In this document: piece by piece, positions 1 through 11,953 of the stretch
Layout: the number at the start of each line of letters is the position of its first letter
How positions within the stretch are numbered: the first letter of the stretch is position 1
NCBI GenBank assembly: GCA_040954595.2
Contig: CM082586.2
Coordinates: forward strand, 6,682,509-6,746,508
Reading direction: 5' to 3'
Length of the DNA: 64,000 nucleotides
From: Balanoglossus misakiensis
Lineage: Eukaryota; Animalia; Hemichordata
The notes under the pieces: model-generated
Database searches by the model: none
What the model was told of the DNA's origin: nothing
The model's input: only the letters and a program-made list of their open reading frames with translations
Program-made: the position numbers and the translations under genes

Positions 1-197
1 TCCACCTGATCGTGGAGGAATTTTGGTGACAAAAAAGCCATGTAAAAGCATGTAAGAATCTGAGAATAATATCAATGTCCTCAAGCAATTCAAAATAGCT
101 GCCACTTTTTTAATTACAGTCAGAATTGCGGGTAAACTGAAAAGAGGTATTACTGGCTGAGGTAAGCCATAGCAGCTAACTTGCCAAGGTATTTCAA

Positions 198-270
198 GCA
201 ATAATGGTATCAACCAATAATGACATCAAGCAATAATGGTATCAACCAATAATGACCTATAGCAATAATG
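198..270. repeat. Short imperfect tandem repeat (about 32-33 bp unit) in the presumed ADAM17 3' UTR
   Basis: gcaataatggtatcaaccaataatgac occurs twice, plus a partial third copy. Confidence 0.75.
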
Positions 271-453
271 GCACCAAAATACAGAGGGTAGTTCTACCAA
301 GTGTAAATGTCCCTCTGAAATAGAATTTTCTTCAGACAAGCCAATTTGATCTCGATGAGGAACCGTTTTCTCACTTCTGGCATTGCTGTCACGTTTTTTT
401 GTGTACCTTGGTTGGGGGTGATGAGGTAGCTACTGTTCCAGCCATTGTTTCTG

Positions 454-3400
454 CTACATCCGCGTTTCAAACTGTATTTCTTGGGGTCTCACAGGAGGCT
501 GTGAGGCCAGCTTGTGGCTCTGGACCCTGTGTACGTCTTGTGGACGGAAAAGCTCGCGATTCTGAAAGAAATAAAAAAAAAGACAAAGTCTGCTCATTTT
601 CACAGAAAGAAAATTTTCTAATAGAGTATCCTGGGATTATTAAACTTTGCGAAACATCTGTCTGAATCAATGATGTTTCACGGTTTCATCTTTTCCTCAT
701 AAAACTAGAGTAAACCCGACTTAGCCGAAATGTCACAGCAGCTGAACCAGGCGACCCCTACTTTTGCAGCAGCAGTGGCACGACCCTGTGCACTGACATG
801 CTGGGGGGTCAGTCCATTTGAAAAGAAGCGGGGAACAGCAGGTAGGAGGACGATGAGCTTTCAGTTTGAAGTAGAGTGAGGCACTGGTGTGGTAACGGCA
901 AAACAAAGACATTACGGGAACATCTGACGTGCACTATACGCATCACTTAATCTTCTTCAATACAAACTGAGTCACTCCTTATCTATAAATAATTGCATCA
1001 TTCAACTGCATCAAATCACAATTACGTCAGCTGACGTCATTCTGTCATGCTGCAGAGCCTGACAGACAGCAGGAACAGTCTGCATAAGTAATTGCATTTG
1101 TATTCAGGTTTTCTGTTTCCTGAATTTTTTTTCACATGAAGAAAACTGAGTTTACCGTTGGATGAAGCCACTTGTTAGCTTCCTCAGCCTCCTTTTCTCT
1201 CCTTGTGTCCTGAAAGAGGAGAAAAAAAAACACAAATCTTCAGAAAATATTCTTTGTATGTATGTATGTATGTATGTATGTATGTATGTATGTATGTATG
1301 TATGTATGTATGTATGTATGTATGTATGTATGTATGTATGATGTATGGATGTATGTATGTATGTATGTATGTATGTATGTATGTATGTATGTATGTATGT
1401 ATGTATGTATGTATGTCTTGTTCTAAAATTAACAGTTCATCAGATGTCACAGATCATCATGACTAAATGACAGTTCCCACGGTCTTTGTTACTATGGCAC
1501 AATGAAACGGTTGCTTTGACAACTTACCACGTAATGGACCACACAGCTACACGGTATCCAGATAATCAAAGACAAAACGATGACAGTGCCTACGATGTTG
1601 TCCTCCATGAATTTTGCTGCAGATAGAGACAAACAAAACATGTGGTGACTGTGCTTATCAGCAGTGTAGTGTAGTTGGTCAAAATTTGACATCATCTCTT
1701 GGTCATCTTTGAACATAAGCTATAAAAACCACTGAACTACCTATGCTGTTGATGTTGATATCTTCGATGACATCCCAAAATCTTTCCACAACATCCTGGG
1801 TGGACTTCTTACAGATACCCTGTGACGACAGAGGAAATTGGTGAAAATTGGATCAAAAGTACAGAGTGTTTGCTTACTATCTCAGAGATGCATAGTTTGT
1901 ATATGCTTTTCTAAGGATAACACTAGATTGCTCAGGAAGGTCATGCTACTACCATATATTGGTAACTAAGTAAGTGTACATGTGAATATAACTGACCAAA
2001 AGTTATATTACTACATGTATTGTAGTAGCAAATTGTGTTGGTCAAAAACTGCATGTCCAGTACCTAAAGCGTCGCCTCACTGACACATAGCTTTTGTGGA
2101 ATCCAATTATCTGGCAGAATGATTGCACAATAATTATGGCAGCTACAAATCCCCTGTAAAAGTGGATACTTGAGGTAACAACCCGTTCTCGCAAAGAGAA
2201 AAAAATAGTAAATAAAGTTGACGTACCGCATTACAGAAACCATTTCCACAGGGCACTCCGTTGGGTAATTCACGTGGTTCTGTTATCTCTTCGTCTGTGT
2301 ACTCCGTACAGCCAGTGATGGGGTCGGCCCCGACGTCATGGCAACAACGCATACACAGCTTGGATGCTGCGAAAGAAGATGAAAATTTTTTTAAGTTGCA
2401 AATTATGTGGGGTAGTGGTTTGCTATAAGCGATTCTTGCAGTCATTCTCAATTAATCTCTGTGAAAAAACCCTACATTGCTAAAGAAATGGTCCATACCA
2501 ACATATACAACAAAGGAATAGTTTAAATCGTCTTATGGGTAGGGGTGAGCAGGAAGCACTTACCTTCTTGACAGATGCAAGAAACCTTTCCTCTGGCTTC
2601 GCAGAAGGGCTCGCAGATTCCATCAAAACATTTGCCGCTGGAGAAGAATGCAAGAAACACTTTTGTTACAAAAATTCTCCATGTATGCACTCCATATTTA
2701 GTGGTAGGATGTTACAGAGGTCACATTGTCACTTGAACAACAACACTGACCGATAACACACACAAGCTATGTCGACAAGGCCAGTACAGGGTTTATTAGA
2801 AATTGCATTTGGTACACAGAACAACAACAAAAATTAAAATAAAGCCAAAAGTTACAGCTAATGTCCCTTTAATATAAATATATGCACGATATCAATCTAT
2901 ACTCACTCATCAATACATTCTGTTCCGTCTGTTTTCGGTTCAGATGGCGGACATATCTCACTGTTGCCTAGACATTCCGTTTTATTTAAACAATTGACGT
3001 TGTCACTCGGCCTACAATCCATGCCCGCTGGTGCATACTTGCATTCATCGCAACAGGCTGAGTTAGCATCACTGAAAAAAAAAAAATTCTCTGTGTGTTT
3101 GGATATTCAGACTACTTAAATTTTAACTGTGTACCTGAAAAACTAAAATACACAGGACTAAGGAGTTTCATATGCATATCAGTTGTTGCTAGGAGATTGA
3201 ATAAAATATTGAGACTGCACAAGACACTGGCCGGTTTTCTTCTATAGTATAGATTTATTCAGTGACATGACAGACTCCACCAGGACGGTCACGTACACAC
3301 CATTGACCACATCAGAAGTCTATTAAACTCTTGTCAAACTGACCATGGCCATGTCCTTTCGACCCCTTGGCATCAACTAAACACTACCACAGATAGCGCT

Positions 3401-6400
3401 ATACATTTTGTACTATATGACCAGCTCAATGTCAGACAGCATAGATTTCACACTGAATGATTCTATATTGAATCAATTTTTCAAAGAAAAAACACAGGCT
3501 GCAAAGGTCAAAGGCGAACCTCCTTACCTACAGATGGCACCTAGTTTGAAATAGCAGTACTTGTCACAGCAAGCATCGTCATTGTCCAAACCGACCAACC
3601 CCGCATCACATTCTTCGCCGTCTTCAACCTGATAATTCCCACAGAATGCCTTGTCTGGACCTTTTTCTGGAAAACAAAATCAAAACTGCGATTAGATTGT
3701 GATATTACATTGCACCTCAGACTGATAGAGAAGTTACTAGGAATGCCATGTACATGTATGCTTACTCAAGCCACTGTCACCATAGCATGGGAAGATAATA
3801 TCAAAAGGACACTTACGAACAAAACACTTATTTGCCTTCGCTTGGAGAACAGGTCCTACGAATCTGGAACTGCATGGCGAAAATTTCTGTAAATAAAACA
3901 CAAGAATATCTGTGAGGCAAGGATGGTAATTTTTAGGGGAAAAACAAAAAACATAGACACACTCTTTCAACAAAATACAGGCCAACTTTGAGCACATGCG
4001 GATCCAAACTATTAAACCTCAGTACTCGATGTAATGTTGTTAGCTTTAGAAGAGAGAAAACTCTCACCTTGTTGTTGTCATAGAAACCGTTGACCGCTGC
4101 AGGATACATGACGTATTTACCCCCCCTGCTCTGCTCTGGCGAGCATTCACCTGTGTCAGGGTCGTGCTCACTGCCAAAGTTGTGGCCCAATTCTGAGAAG
4201 TTAAAACAAATATATGAATGATCAAGAAAAAATCGCTAACACGAAATTTTATGCAAACTATATAAAATACAACCTTCCCATACTGCACGTCAGTGGGAGT
4301 GAGGAAATTCTTGTTTTTGGTTTATACAAGTTTTTTTTAATAGTGTTTTATATGAAGGAAACTGTACGACAGGATTTAGTTTAGACAGGTTTTAGTCAAC
4401 CTAGTTTTGCTCATTTAGAACGATGGACAATACTAAATCCTTCTCCTGGCGGCAGTGTGTGATGGGGCCTTGCTGCAGTCTCATCCAATTGGTCATGTTT
4501 TAACAGATATACATTCGAACTTTCACAAGTTAAATTTTTCTGGTGTTCACTGACAAGGGAGGGTCACTCACACAAAGCAATGTGGCATCATGCTCTAATG
4601 ATTGACAGCTTGCTTCAAGACAGCCGTTCACCTGAAGGTTCAGATCTGAAAATGTTATCATATTTATCATTTACGCAAAAACTTACCATGCGCTGTGACC
4701 AGATCTGCTTCTTGCGTCAGAATTCGACGATCCCAATTGATGGTTGTCGTAAGACCAGTGTTCAAGTACAACTTACCATTGCCCGAGTAGTAAGCTGAAA
4801 TAGTAAACAAAACCCTCACAGGTATTTCCCAATTACCCTAGCACTGTATTCTTACATCTGAGCATCACTGTACATATAGTGAACACCATGGACATTTGCC
4901 AACCAGTTATTTTGAAATTTTCCTAATATTTGCAGCAGCATCATTATATTGCCAACAAGATATAAATACATACCAAAAGAAGAAAGAATAATTTGCAAAT
5001 TCTTCAGAAATTAATTGAAGAGATAAAAACTAGGAAGATGGTTGTAAATAATAATACTACATCTTACAAAACCAGAAAAAAAATTCTTTGATAAAAGTTC
5101 AAGTGTTTATCCAGAAGAAAAATAAGATTTTCTATCAAAGGATTCATGAAGAAAGGCAGAGAGTTTTAGAATTCATATGAAGAAAAACATAACTTGAATT
5201 TGCAAAAGGGGCGCCGACCTCCGACCTTGACCCTCAACTTAATCAACTATTGTTATAAATGGTCTTGCAAGCTTAAGATTTATTCTTTAGTTGTAATGAT
5301 ATAACAATGACATGCACAGTTATGATGACAACATGCATAGTTACCATAGAGATTAACTACATGATGTAGAATGGTTAGTGAAAAGCAACTAGGCAAGATT
5401 TCAAAGAGAACAATAATTTTAACACTTTCACCCGAACTCTTGGGTCGATGAATTTTATCCCTATCAGCCTGATTCTTGTCAACGTAAACATTTTCATGAA
5501 ATGTTAGACTGGATCCTATTGCACTACTACGCTGTACAGTTTAGACTCACTGATTTCAATGGTGTGGTTGGACATGTTACAGGGGAAAAAAGGCATTCAC
5601 CATAGTAGAGTTTTAACAACTTTTCGTGTACAGGGAATTGAAGGTTTTGATCACTATGCGTACAATCATATACACCTTTTTCATAAAGAGAGTGCCCTTC
5701 CAAAACATGGCACCATCTCCAAGCAGTCAACATGAAAAGGAGGCCAGTAGGTCACAGAGTATTGATCGAGCTCATCTGGTTTGTTGTATATATGATACAA
5801 GTTGCGTGTGAAATTTACTTTATGATAAAATGCGTGTCGAACGTCGATCCCGACAATGGTGATGATACACAAGACAATTAAATTTTTACTATGTGACCTA
5901 CTTGCCTCGTTTTCGCGTCATCTACTTGGAGACAACGCCAATGTTTTGGAAGGGCTCCCTCTTTATGAAAAGGCGTATTAACAAATGATTTTGCATGGTA
6001 CAGTTTGAGTCATGTGCAGCTGGGAAATGGGAGGGTTGGGGGTCGGGGGATGGGAAGGGGCGAAAGTACTAAAACGGGGTTGGTAGGAAAACAGCACCAT
6101 GCATTACTGAGGGAGGATGGCAGGGTTGCAATACATTGAACAGTTAAAAAACCACCATTATATCTATGAACATTATTGGCAGTCACAGGAAAATGGAACA
6201 ATTACGGTAGTTACCAGTACAACTGCAGATAGTAGACAACACAAGTCTTTACATTTACGGGAATAATCTTTGAGATGTAAAATTTTGAATCATTTTATGT
6301 AAGGCCAGATGTTACCTCCATGTTTAGTGGGATATGTGGTGATGTGACCATGTTTGTATGGCAGATGTATGTGGCTGTATGGCAGATGTATGAGGCTGTA

Positions 6401-9400
6401 TGGAAGATTGATGTGGCTGTATGGCTGATGTATGAGGCTGTATGGAATATTGATGTGACTGTATGGTAGATGTATGTGGCTGTATGGAAGATTGATGTGG
6501 CTGTATGGCAGATGTATGTGGCTGTACATGTATGGCAGATGTATGAGGCTGTATTAAAGACTGATGTGGCTGTATGGTACTGTGGTGTGGTTGTACCAGA
6601 ATGTAGCAGTGTGTATTACCTGGCTACATTGTTTTACTTTCAATTGTGTCATTGTTGGGGTGGACATCTGTACAAAATTGACCTTGGTTGTCTACTATCT
6701 TACAACACATACACAGTGACAGTGACTGCCAATTGTTAGTACGAAGCAGCAATGGCCTCCCCAAGGAAGGCCAAAAATTCGGACAATTACGCAGAAAACA
6801 AGTCAGTGCTTACGCGATGAGCAGATTCCTCCCACTGCATAAGTTCTAGGGGTTGCAATGTAAGCGAGGCCTAGCACACCGTCGGAGAAATCTTGGTACG
6901 TGAACAGGTGAGACAAACAGACGGACGAGTAGTCGTTCGTGCTAAAACTCTGCAACAGACAAGAGACGTGAGGGAGTCTTACGTGGGGAGCAAATTCCGC
7001 CTTGGACGCCTGGCCTGGGCGTTGCTATGTAGGCCAGGCCCAGTGTGCCGCCGGGGAAGTCTTGGTACGTGAACAGATGGGCCACGCAGAATGTAGAGTA
7101 ATCATGGGCGCTAAACAGCTGTCAATGAGAATAACACCAGTTGGAAATGGTTACTTTCTGTGTGACTTTAGAAATGACAGATCTACAACCTACGTCTCAA
7201 AGGCTGCAGAGATTTTGTTTCAGTTTTGTATAGAAATACTTTGGGTTACAATCTTGTGTCACACACCTATAAAAGTGAGAATTATTTTCAGATTTTCTTT
7301 AAATATCAATTTCAGCAAATTGGTAACACAATTCGCGACATGTATCTTGAACATTATATATGATATATTAAACAACCACTATATGGAGATTGAACCTAGT
7401 TTCATATTTTTTTGTAAATTCTACACATTGCTCGTTCCCATTTTTTCTCTTACTGTCAGTAGATCAGACACGTCCCATGGTGATGTTTTCTGCATGTTGT
7501 AATGTTGACTGTTTGGCGCCACCCACGTCGCTTCTGTGTGCACCAGGATCTACAGAGAACAGAGAAAAGTGGTATGAACTATAGAGGGTGCTATATACAG
7601 CTAGGCCGGTACTTGTGTTTATCTTTTTGAACATAAAACATAACTCTTCACAGAAGAATCTGACTTGTTGATAACGTGATTTCTGTTTACCTCTTTGATT
7701 TCAAATCCATAGCCGTGGTAAACGCTGGCCCAACTTGTGTCTCGGTACATGAAGTCAACTCTATCCACCAACCCGATCTGTGAGAAACAAGAAAACAAAA
7801 AACATGGTTTAACCCTTGCATCACCATGGTCAAGTCCAAATCCATTGTTTTCTATGGGAAGGTTGGAGGAAATTTAATACCAGGTTGACTCTGTTGAAAA
7901 TAAGTGCCAGATGAAAAACTAAGGCTTCTTCTAATATTGAGACCACAGTTACACGGCTTTATGTACATGTAGTACACATAGAGAGACACACAGACACAAC
8001 ATGTCAGCCATATTGGGACTCTGCATACTGTACGAATACAGCAATGTATCATACAATAGAATGTCACAGGATACTGTAGTAGATGTATGATACTGAACAG
8101 TTTCTACCAACAACAGGAGTAGAAGACTTTATTACAGCCACCCTACCATGTAATTGACAGTACTGGTGACATCGTCTCTTCCCATACTTTGGTAAAACTT
8201 GTAATCAGCTATGAGGAGAAGTGGACAGGTGTTTTTGGCAGCTGCCCTCTTAGATCTGTGATGTTCATAACCTGAAAATAAAATATTTCATTTGCCAGAA
8301 AGACTCTCCTCAGAGTAAAATTCTTTTTGGGGTGGGGTGGGGGTCTAATCCTCGAAGTCATTCAAAATTCCAGGAGATTCTGTCCCAGTTTTCAGGACAA
8401 ACATTCCACATTACAGGAGCGATTTTGTGTTTTCTTGGTTAATTTTTCCTGGTTATGTGGTGTATATGGTAGTTGACTGTCAGCTACATCCTTACCGGTG
8501 TAATTCTTCATTCCGGAGTATTTCCACGCCTGTCTGTGCTGTTCATACTCGGCTTGAAGCTCGTCCGGAAGATGGTGACTGTGACCACAGAAACTGGAAC
8601 AGAATGTGAAACAATCTTGGTGAAAAAATTTTTGCACTGCCTTGAGTCTAACACCGACACACACGTGGTATTACATGTACTGTAAGATTCTCCGAACAAC
8701 TATAAACAGGAACACTATCACTGTGCTTGAAAAAGAATCTGAATTTATGGGTTGCAAGATGTTCAGTTTTGGTTGTATGCCGACAACAATTGCTGGTGTC
8801 ATTTGACCCATTTTGGTTGTAGTATTTAGAGAGGTAGTTCAACTATTAGAGTGGGGATGAAGGAGTCAGGGGGTGCCACCCTCATGATCTCAGTCTCTTG
8901 CTTACCTCCCTCTTCCGCCTTGAGTAAGATTATACTTCACATCGGAATTACGATATGCGATCATTGTAAAATTGTGCTCCTCTGAGACATGCCTCCATGA
9001 TGGCTGAGAAAATAAGACACATACATACACAATAAGGTAGGGACACATCAGCTTCATAATTTACTTAACAAAAAAATTAAAGTGATTTGCAGAAGATTAA
9101 CTAGATTTCCTAAAGGAGTGATTGAAACTTCGTACAGTACATTGATTGCTTCCACTGTCTGTTGCAGTGTTCCAGGTTGTTTGATCCAAATCTGAAAGCT
9201 TACCTCTATCACAAAAACGTCTTCTCTTGTGCTTATTGTGGCCGTGAGGCTGTCTTTCTCAATCATTGCTTTCACGTGGCTGTCCGATTCATCTGAATAC
9301 AGAAAACAACATGAGCATTTCAAGGAGAGCTTATAGCTTATAGCAGAGTTAGTACCACTGTCAGTTTAGTAAAAGTTGGAGTGGGGCATGATGCCTTGAG

Positions 9401-11506
9401 ATTATTTGGTATGGGGATAAAATAACTAGGATTCACTTTTAATAGGCATCCACTTACAATTCTGAATTACACGTACAATACAAAATGTACTCAGAAAGCA
9501 TCTCAACTATACCTACGAGGGCGCTGTACAAGACTCTTCAGACTCACCTGCTAAATGACCACGATACAACAAATCGTCATCAACCCTGTGCTCTGTTTTA
9601 TCTCCGTTGCCCTTGACGACATAGGCTCTGAAATTCCTCGCCATGATGTTCGAATGTGGATGCAGGTGGAGGTTGAAATCTTTGCCCAGCACCGAGAAGG
9701 AGAGTTGTTTGATATCTTTTGATGCGCTGTCCACGTCACGCCTGACGATGGAGTGTTTGATGTCGTCGATGTGGAGTGTCTCGTAATAGTGTAACGCATG
9801 ATGCAAGGATCCTAGTGTGAGAAGTGGAAACAAGGTGACTTAGAAGATAATGATAATGGTCAGCATATGATTAAAAGTAGTAACAAAAGTGGCAGCCATG
9901 ACAATCCTTATACAAGGATTCAGTCAGTGGCTGTGCAATGCAGAGCTCATATTAGCTCAAATTTACTCAAGTAACAGGACATCTAACAATTGTTGTTTTC
10001 AGGGCTTTTAGGTATAATAATAATATTTATTTCTTATATAGCACATTACATAATAGAATAAAATCTCAATGCGCTTTACAACATGATAAAAAGTACACTA
10101 AAAATACAAGCTAAAATTGTATATTATAAAGTTGTACATTGTCATTTACAGGATTTTTGTGCTTTAATTCATTTCCCAGGAATTTAAAGAAGTTTATCAT
10201 CTAAACATACATTATGGCAATCACTGAAAGCTATGGCAGTTTAGAGTTTTATCATAAAACTGCTACAGCAATGCCAGATGTCAGGGCTTTTAGGTATAAT
10301 AATAATATTTATTTCTTATATAGCACATTACATAATAGAATAAAATCTCAATGCGCTTTACAACATGATAAAAAGTACACTAAAAATACAAGCTAAAATT
10401 GTATATTATAAAGTTGTACATTGTCATTTACAGGATTTTTGTGCTTTAATTCATTTCCCAGGAATTTAAAGAAGTTTATCATCTAAACATACATTATGGC
10501 AATCACTGAAAGCTATGGCAGTTTAGAGTTTTATCATAAAACTGCTACAGCAATGCCAGATGTGGAGTTAAAATAATAGCTCTGGCTCGTGAGAATCAGA
10601 ATGCATGGGGTAATTAGAGAGCTCTAAAACCTGGATGCTATTGTTGATCAGACCATGCATTTCATCACATAGTACTGTCTACGATCAGACTTGTTTTCTG
10701 GAAGGCCATCTTTTTAAAGTTTTACAATAAGCTGTCAATCTGCTGCTGTGTTTTGACATTGGTTGAATATACAGACAGAATCTGGCTGAAGTGTAAACGT
10801 GCAGCACAACTGAATACTGAAATTGATACCTGTCCATTTCAAGGTCGGCTATTGACATATTGCTGACCTTGTATCTGGTTTCGCAATGTATTAAAATGGG
10901 ATCAAAATCTATATAGGCAAATTTTATTTTGTTGTCATTCAGATTTTCATCGAGAACCAGCAAAGGGGAAGAAAATCATTTCCATGTCTTATGTTATGCA
11001 AATTGCAATGTTGTCACTTTGTTGTCAGTGATGACATTTCATATAACTTTGAAATAACATTGCTTCACATGGACGAATATTTAGAGTGTCAACGCCCGGG
11101 TCAACGTAAACTGTATGGAGCGTCTACGTTGTGTTGTAGTTCCGAGAGTACATAGCGTAATTAATTGACCAATCACAAGGGCTGTAGTCTTCTGCTTCAG
11201 GTGTGCGGATAGTGATTGACCAATCAGAATCGCCGCAGGGGTCTTAATGAATTACCCCAATCATAACTGTCAGGGTGTTAATTAATTAGCCAAACAGTGA
11301 CAATCACTCGATTATCACTACGTCGGTACAGGCACCGCTATTTCTATTTTTAGCTGAGACACAGAAAATGATCTGATCAAGGCGATCGCCGCTATAAACA
11401 TAACACTATGATCGAACGCTCTGTGGACTGGTAAATAGTATGACTTACCTCTAGCTTGTACGCAGAAAACGAACAAAAGTAACACCGATTGTTTTATCGG
11501 CGCCAT
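454..11506 (-). CDS. ADAM17: ADAM17/TACE metalloprotease-disintegrin, complete spliced CDS
   Basis: Phase-compatible GT-AG exons: 11449-11506 (signal peptide [20 protein letters not shown]), 9548-9811, 9204-9292, 8906-9003, 8496-8593 (cysteine switch FCG), 8147-8271 (furin site RSKR), 7691-7777, 7454-7549, alternative 6983-7118 or 6814-6949, 4687-4794 (YLNTGLTT...EADLVTAH), 4068-4192 ([11 protein letters not shown] zinc motif, YVMYP Met-turn), about 3817-3886, disintegrin/Cys-rich exons about 3528-3667, 2906-3071, 2565-2637, 2227-2368, 1742-1820, TM exon about 1528-1616 ([16 protein letters not shown]), 1156-1209, 454-561 (ends ETRM-stop). Motifs match ADAM17 rather than ADAM10. Confidence 0.95.
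1255..1416. repeat. (TATG)n microsatellite
   Basis: Seen directly; produces the HTYI and MYVC pseudo-ORFs. Confidence 0.98.
5670..5978. mobile_element. MITE-like element with about 55-bp imperfect terminal inverted repeats
   Basis: Left arm atacacctttttcataaagagagtgcccttccaaaacatgg...ctccaag is the reverse complement of right arm cttggag...atgttttggaagggctccctctttatgaaaaggcgtat; a partial copy lies at about 61620-61665. Confidence 0.7.
6355..6577. repeat. 21-bp minisatellite (tgtatggcagatgtatgtggc-like, about 10 units)
   Basis: Tandem degenerate units; produces the HLPYSHI repeat pseudo-ORF. Confidence 0.92.
6814..6949 (-). CDS. ADAM17: ADAM17 alternative catalytic-domain exon B (136 nt)
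   Basis: Acceptor ctgttgcag, donor gtaagc; encodes [45 protein letters not shown]; same length and phases as exon A. Confidence 0.9.
6983..7118 (-). CDS. ADAM17: ADAM17 alternative catalytic-domain exon A (136 nt)
   Basis: Acceptor attgacag, donor gtaaga; encodes [45 protein letters not shown]; phase 0 in, phase 1 out. Confidence 0.9.
10000..10563. repeat. Head-to-tail duplication of a 282-bp unit in ADAM17 intron 1
   Basis: 10000-10281 and 10282-10563 both start cagggcttttaggtataat and end caatgccagatgt; no mismatch seen by eye. Confidence 0.93.
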
Positions 11507-11953
11507 AATGTCACTTGATGAGCCGTGGGGATCTACAGGAATTATTTGCGGGCTTGTCACTGCCAATCAGGAAGTCTCACACCTTCGTTGTTGTCATTCT
11601 TTCAGGAAATACCCTTACCATCATGCAGCTGAGATCTATGATTGCTTCTGGCTCGTTCGTGCCTTAAGACTTCGTAAATGTAACACGGCTGAATTGTATC
11701 GAAGAAATAACAAACAATCGTGTTGAAATATTTTTATGTCACTCATTAAGTATGTAGAATATTTTTTTCGACACCTAGTGAATAAAGTATCTGAGTTTAT
11801 TCCGCACAATATATTGCATCGATAAAAGGGTGACCCCTCGCCATTTCTGATTTGAGGTCACCGTCGGTCTAGACCCTTCACCATCGTTGTCGGCGAACAC
11901 CCAGTTTCCTTCTAGTTTGCAGTGAGTTGCAGGGCAGTGTAGCTCTGCACTTG
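11507..11953. promoter_or_regulatory. Putative bidirectional promoter region for ADAM17 and SPAG1
   Basis: The divergent ATGs are at 11506 and 12379. The region is CpG-rich, a + strand donor (g|gtgagt) at 11954 suggests a non-coding SPAG1 first exon, and CCAAT boxes lie at about 11169, 11220 and 11563. Confidence 0.6.

Noticed and set aside
4572-4645. Exon-like segment on the - strand with a tttcag acceptor and gtgagt donor inside ADAM17
   Set aside because: It is only 41 nt from the upstream exon, would split the HExxH motif, shifts the frame (74 nt), and shows no similarity to neighbouring exons.
6290-6739. Regular repeats that resemble a CRISPR array or a repeat protein
   Set aside because: Tandem units without unique spacers, in a eukaryotic intron, with no cas genes; it is a minisatellite.
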